Shown here one piece after another: positions 59,286 through 64,000 of a stretch of 64,000 bases of DNA. The notes under the pieces are model-generated. The model worked only from the letters and a program-made list of their open reading frames with translations, was not told where the DNA came from and searched no databases. This stretch comes from Aureliella sp. GTDB taxonomy: Bacteria > Planctomycetota > Planctomycetia > Pirellulales > Pirellulaceae. Every line of letters begins with the position of its first letter. The stretch's first letter is position 1. The stretch lies in the NCBI GenBank assembly GCA_963691875.1, contig OY829846.1:800001-864000 (forward strand). Direction: 5' to 3'. The position numbers and the translations under genes are program-made.

Positions 59286-62162
59286 TTAAGGAGCCGGCGC
59301 TGCTCGGAGTGCTCGCAAAGCATTCCGCAACATCTCCAAATCGCTAGCAATTCGCGGACTGGAAGAGATAAGATCGGAGCGACTCTCGTACGCCGAAATT
59401 GCCTCCTCCACTTTTGCTACCGCATCGGAATCTTCAAAACCCTGCGCCAGAAAGGCTTGATGCTTCAGGTAGTTCCACTTCAAAACAACCAAGCTAGCTG
59501 GAGCTTCAGCCGAAATTTCGTCGCGCCAACGTTCATCCACTGAATCGGCGAGTTTCTCGAAGTCACGCAGGCGATCACGAGTCTGATCAAGATGCCCGAC
59601 TGACACCAGAGCGTCCAAGCCATTTTGGTATTCGCCAAGCAAGTTCAGCTGCAACTCGGTGTTTCGATCACGCAGTTTCGCCAAGGCTCCAATGTCCTTG
59701 AGAGCCCCCAGAATGCCATCGCGATACACCTTCCCCTGCTCCGACTTCGGGTTAAACCCCGGCTGTTCAGCACTCAGTTCTGCTAAGCGAATGCGGGCAC
59801 TGACAAAATCCAGCCAAAGCCCTTGATCATCTTGAACTTCATGAGCGAGATCCCCCAAGGCACGCGATGCACTTTCCAGATACGTGATGCATTCGGCGAG
59901 CTCTCCTCCACTGAGAAAGACAAACGCAAGGTTAAACTGTGCCCTGGCAAAATCTCGCTTCAGACGCAGCAGCATCATGGAACTGGCTTTCTCCATCGCC
60001 AAACTTCGGATCTGCTGGGCATCCATCAGTCTTCCTTCTGCAATCGCAAGGGCCTCGTTGGCTTCTTCTCCCTGCTCGGCGATCGCTAGTAGTTGAGCTT
60101 GCTTCCGGTACAACACTCCTTCATTCATCACGGCATTCGCAAGTTTCCGCTTAGCCTCCAGAGACTCGGGTTTCACCTTGCTCCACTGCTGACGCAACTC
60201 GGTACAACGCAGAAAGCTTGCCCTAGCTACATCAACCTTGCCCGAACGAAACCCCTGTTTTCCCTTGAGCAAAAACATGTTCGATTCTGCAGCCAGCACC
60301 TCAGGTTTCTTCTTTCGGATTTCGGGCGGTATCATGTCGAACGCGGCTAGAGCTGAGTCTAAACTGATCTTAATTTCGTCGGGGGCTAGTTTCAATTCCG
60401 CATTCAAGTCAGCGATGGCCGATAACGCGATCGCATTGTCGATGACTAAAGTTTCATCATCTTGGAACACTGCAATCAAGCTTTCAAACCGCACCTTGGA
60501 GTCACGCAAGAACTGCAGCCTCAAGGGTTCGAGGCTGGGCATGTTGAATGCTGGCTCACTGCTGAACTGTGCGTACATTTCGTTAAAGCTAGACGAGAAT
60601 GTGTCTCGCGCTTCTTCGGCCCGCACCCTCGCCTTCATCTCTGCTTGGCGTGCTTCAGTTTCCTTGCCTAACGCGACTGTTTCCTTCCTGAGTGCGACCT
60701 GCTCGTTCGCGAGTGCTTCTGCCGTGGTCCACCACGCGACCGAAACGATGGCAATGGTGATGACGGCAGCAGCGACAGCCGTTGCTTGAGCGGCGGCAAT
60801 GGCCTTGTTTCGCTTGCACCACTTTACAAGCCGTTTTATCGGTCCAGCTGGACGCGACAGGATTGGCTTTCCCTCCAAGTAGAGATGCAAGTCTACTGCA
60901 AGTTCATCGGCGGTTTGGTAGCGAGCCTCAGGTTCCTTTTCAAGGCACTTCACGCAGATCGTGTCGATATCACGATCGATCGCGGAATTGATTATGCGCG
61001 GCGCGACGGCATCCTCCGCTGCAACTTGCCGCAATGTCTCATGCATGTCTGCGGCTTTGAACGGCGGTTTGCCAGTGAGTAACTGATAGAGCGTTCCACC
61101 GAGCGCGTAAACGTCAGCGCGAGCGTCGATATTGGAGGAATCCTTGATTTGTTCTGGCGGCATGAAGGAAGGCGTGCCAAGCAGTTGGCCGGTTTGCGTC
61201 ATGCCAGTATCATCTGCTAGGAATCTCGCGAGCCCAAAGTCCGTCAACATGGCTCGATCGTTGGATGCATCCAACAGAATATTTCCTGGCTTGATGTCGC
61301 GGTGAAGCAAGCCTTTTTTGTGAGCTTGATGCAAAGCACTTGCTATCCCATGAATGTACTTCGCAGCACGTTTGGGCAATAGCGGCTCTGCCTTAGACAT
61401 CACACTAAGATCACCACCAGCGACCATTTGCATTGCAATGTAAGGTCGCTCATCGTGAACGCCAACATCGTAAATTGGAACGATGTGATCATGAGTCACA
61501 GAAGCCGCTGTCAACGCCTCCGTTTGAAATCGTTGGACGAGCTGTGCCCTACCCTGCGGGCTAACATGATCCAGATCCGCGATTTTGACTGCGACCTCGC
61601 GCCCAGCGGCCTCCTGTCGAGCACGATACACCGAGCCCATGCCGCCACTGCCCAGGATTTCAAGCAATTCATAGCTCCCGAAAGGCTGAGGGAATTCCAC
61701 CCAGCTCTGAGCTTGTGCCGCGCAGCCTGCAAATACAACCGTCTCTTTGTCGCCAACCTCAGTAAAGAGCGACTCGTCAATCGTCACTTCGGGGAATCGG
61801 CTCGCAAACTCACTAGGTTCGACCACGTATCCGGACTGAATCCGAACCAGAATTTCCTGTTCGACGAGACGCTGGATAACTTCAGTAGAATTGAGCTCAG
61901 GAAACTCACGGATATAATCCTCGACACGCGTTTGCACCGTCGCTTGACCGGAAGTCACGGTTTGGTTGGACTCGGAATACTGGCGATCGCTAGGCTTCCA
62001 GCGAAATTCCAAGTCGATGCAAACGAGTTCTTCTAGCGTTCCAAGATAAGAGTTCTGGTCTGGCTTTGGCAAATAATTACGAATCGAAAGCGATTGACCG
62101 GCAAGCCAGTCAGATTCAAATCGTCTTCTCGCATCTTCGTCGATCGTTTGCATGTTAACCAT
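59286..62162 (-). CDS. Hanks-type Ser/Thr protein kinase with TM segment and TPR-like C-terminus
   Basis: LGSGGMGSVY, VAVK, HRDIKPGNILLD, DFGLAR, GTPSFMPPEQ. Confidence 0.95.
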   Translation of the reverse strand: MVNMQTIDEDARRRFESDWLAGQSLSIRNYLPKPDQNSYLGTLEELVCIDLEFRWKPSDRQYSESNQTVTSGQATVQTRVEDYIREFPELNSTEVIQRLVEQEILVRIQSGYVVEPSEFASRFPEVTIDESLFTEVGDKETVVFAGCAAQAQSWVEFPQPFGSYELLEILGSGGMGSVYRARQEAAGREVAVKIADLDHVSPQGRAQLVQRFQTEALTAASVTHDHIVPIYDVGVHDERPYIAMQMVAGGDLSVMSKAEPLLPKRAAKYIHGIASALHQAHKKGLLHRDIKPGNILLDASNDRAMLTDFGLARFLADDTGMTQTGQLLGTPSFMPPEQIKDSSNIDARADVYALGGTLYQLLTGKPPFKAADMHETLRQVAAEDAVAPRIINSAIDRDIDTICVKCLEKEPEARYQTADELAVDLHLYLEGKPILSRPAGPIKRLVKWCKRNKAIAAAQATAVAAAVITIAIVSVAWWTTAEALANEQVALRKETVALGKETEARQAEMKARVRAEEARDTFSSSFNEMYAQFSSEPAFNMPSLEPLRLQFLRDSKVRFESLIAVFQDDETLVIDNAIALSAIADLNAELKLAPDEIKISLDSALAAFDMIPPEIRKKKPEVLAAESNMFLLKGKQGFRSGKVDVARASFLRCTELRQQWSKVKPESLEAKRKLANAVMNEGVLYRKQAQLLAIAEQGEEANEALAIAEGRLMDAQQIRSLAMEKASSMMLLRLKRDFARAQFNLAFVFLSGGELAECITYLESASRALGDLAHEVQDDQGLWLDFVSARIRLAELSAEQPGFNPKSEQGKVYRDGILGALKDIGALAKLRDRNTELQLNLLGEYQNGLDALVSVGHLDQTRDRLRDFEKLADSVDERWRDEISAEAPASLVVLKWNYLKHQAFLAQGFEDSDAVAKVEEAISAYESRSDLISSSPRIASDLEMLRNALRALRAAPAP

Positions 62163-62364
62163 CAGAGCTGTGACTAGAGCTACGATTTTGGCAGGAATAT
62201 CTCAGGATACAGAAGGATTGCCTTACCTTGATCAAACCGGTCAGTGGTGTTTGCGATTTCTCGACTTTTCCTGGTTTCTCCAGGTGGGGCAAGCTTTTTC
62301 CTTGCCTGACTATGATCCCAAATTGCCCAACAGACTCGTCCCACATCGGAAGCGACGAACCAAC

Positions 62365-63396
62365 CTAGTGAGGAATCTTCACAGCACTTCCCAAGTCTAC
62401 AGACTCCTGAGCCGCCAAGCACATCGCCACTGACCAGCGTCCATCTTCCGCGGAACAGTGCAGTGGATCGCCATCCAGAATCGCCTTCGCAAACACCTCC
62501 ACTTGATCTTCAAGCTCGAAGAGCTCACCGGTCATTTTATCAATTGGAACAGTCGTTACGTTCTCACCATCAAAGGCTCGCAATGAGAAGTTCGGATGCC
62601 GCGTGCGATCCATCGCGCCGCTCCAAGAAGCCCAGAGTGCTCCTTTTGTCCCCGTGATTTTGATTGTCTGATGATGCTCAAACGCACAGAGTGTTTGTGT
62701 TACCACTGCGTAAGCGGTTCCTTCGAATTGCATGATCGCGCTGAAGTTATCTTGCAACTCCGGATGATCCTTCTGACTAGAACTTGCGTTTGCAAAGACC
62801 GTTGTTGGATTGCCACTGGCGGATAGATACCATCTCGCCAGATCGAAGAAGTGAATCGGTTCTTCGAGAATCCAGTTACCAACTCGATTGATATCGTACC
62901 GCCAGCCGTCAGAGCCAAGCCGGTAAGGATTCCGCGACAGCTCGACTAAAGCATAAAGTGGATCACCGACAAACCCGTCATCGATCATTTCCTTTACCAA
63001 ACCCCACATCGACGACAATCGAAGCTCGTGGCCAACCGCGAACAACCGTTCCTTCTTCTTTGCGACCGAGATCATTTGATCGCACTCGGCGAGACTGATT
63101 CCCATTGGCTTCTCAAGCAAAAGGTGTCGTCCGGACTCAAAAACTGCAGTTGCCACTTCACAATGCAAATGGGAAGGCACAGCCACGTCAACGCCATGCA
63201 ACTGCTCGTTCTCAAGCATTGCTCGATAGTCGGAATAAATTTTGGCTTGCGGGAAGGCTTCTTTCGCCGCTGCAACAGATGCATCACTTCTCGCCGCAAT
63301 TGCCACCAAATCGGCGCGCGTGCACTTCTCGATCGCATTGGCGTGGTATTGGCCCCAGGCTCCGAATCCTACCATTCCCATTCTTGCCGTCGACAT
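62365..63396 (-). CDS. Gfo/Idh/MocA family oxidoreductase
   Basis: GMVGFGAWG, PSHLH, HLLLEKPM, VGHELR, EEPIHFFD. Confidence 0.92.
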   Translation of the reverse strand: MSTARMGMVGFGAWGQYHANAIEKCTRADLVAIAARSDASVAAAKEAFPQAKIYSDYRAMLENEQLHGVDVAVPSHLHCEVATAVFESGRHLLLEKPMGISLAECDQMISVAKKKERLFAVGHELRLSSMWGLVKEMIDDGFVGDPLYALVELSRNPYRLGSDGWRYDINRVGNWILEEPIHFFDLARWYLSASGNPTTVFANASSSQKDHPELQDNFSAIMQFEGTAYAVVTQTLCAFEHHQTIKITGTKGALWASWSGAMDRTRHPNFSLRAFDGENVTTVPIDKMTGELFELEDQVEVFAKAILDGDPLHCSAEDGRWSVAMCLAAQESVDLGSAVKIPH

Positions 63397-63702
63397 GTTT
63401 TACATATCCAGAGAAAATCGGTCAAAACGAAGATTCTACTCTGTGTGGTCCGCGTAGTGAAAGCTGATTGCAAGGAGTGTGACGAATTTGCGGTAAGGGA
63501 AGGTGTCTCGTGCTGCAGATCCAAGTGAGTGACTTCTGCAATTGGCTTATTCCGCCAAATCCTGATCGAAACGCAAGTTGGACTGTAGGCTCGGTTCGAT
63601 TTGAAGGTCCACAGCTACCGATATATGACAAACGCGTTGAGTTGTCTTCCAGAGTGCTCTGGCGGCTGACGCAGAGTTGCCCCTGCTGTTTTAAGCTGGC
63701 AT

Positions 63703-64000
63703 ATGTTTGCTCAAGACCTAATCTCATTCGTTCTCACATGGTTCGCCACCCGGCGGTGGAGGTCGCTCATCTTGTTGGGTGGACCGCTGATGCTAGCGGT
63801 TATCATGATGTGTACGCTTACGCTGCTGGGATGGAGCCGCAACCATGATCAAGTTGTCAGCGAATATATGGCTCTGGCGGAACGGAACATCGAGAAATCA
63901 CAGCTAGACATTGACGCCGAGCAAGCGGACATCTTGCTGAACGGTGACGCAAAGCTATCGCCAATTTCAAGCCTCGCGCTTCGTCGTGTGCTGCGAATGG
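63703..64000 (+). CDS. Hypothetical membrane-anchored protein, 3'-partial (runs off the window)
   Basis: Not in the ORF track. Manual translation MFAQDLISFVLTWFATRRWRSLILLGGPLMLAVIMMCTLTLLGWSRNHDQVVSEY... stays open to the window end. Confidence 0.65.
   Translation, partial: MFAQDLISFVLTWFATRRWRSLILLGGPLMLAVIMMCTLTLLGWSRNHDQVVSEYMALAERNIEKSQLDIDAEQADILLNGDAKLSPISSLALRRVLRM

Overview
This is a gene-dense, roughly 54% GC chromosomal window from a planctomycete, most likely Pirellulaceae-like. The assignment rests on a DUF1501 + PSD1/cytochrome-c pair, an ECF sigma/Ser-Thr kinase pair, a dockerin-tailed planctomycete extracellular protein, an enlarged LepB, sulfatases and fae. I count about 38 intact CDS, several decayed gene remnants and two REP-like palindromic doublets. 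I saw no rRNA, tRNA, CRISPR array or transposase. The main result is at 24061-26042. The ORF track splits one gene into two ORFs (24708-25055 and 25083-26042), but it reads as a single formylmethanofuran dehydrogenase subunit B (FwdB/FmdB). The in-frame TGA at 25053-25055 falls exactly on the Mo/W-ligating Cys position (S-L-U-H-G-P) and is followed by a bacterial-type SECIS hairpin, so the gene is a probable selenoprotein. It keeps the [4Fe-4S] and catalytic motifs that methylotroph FhcB has lost. It lies downstream of a fwdD homolog and a small translationally coupled unknown ORF, with fae 20 kb away. Other points of interest are a redoxin/heme-c/PHM-like copper monooxygenase fusion coupled to an MMPL/RND exporter, a stand-alone PrnC-like flavin halogenase overlapping a TauE gene, an apparent deletion or chimera junction near 45585, and a beta-propeller inserted inside an Ig-like domain. 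All family calls come from recognising motifs by eye; no database searches were run.
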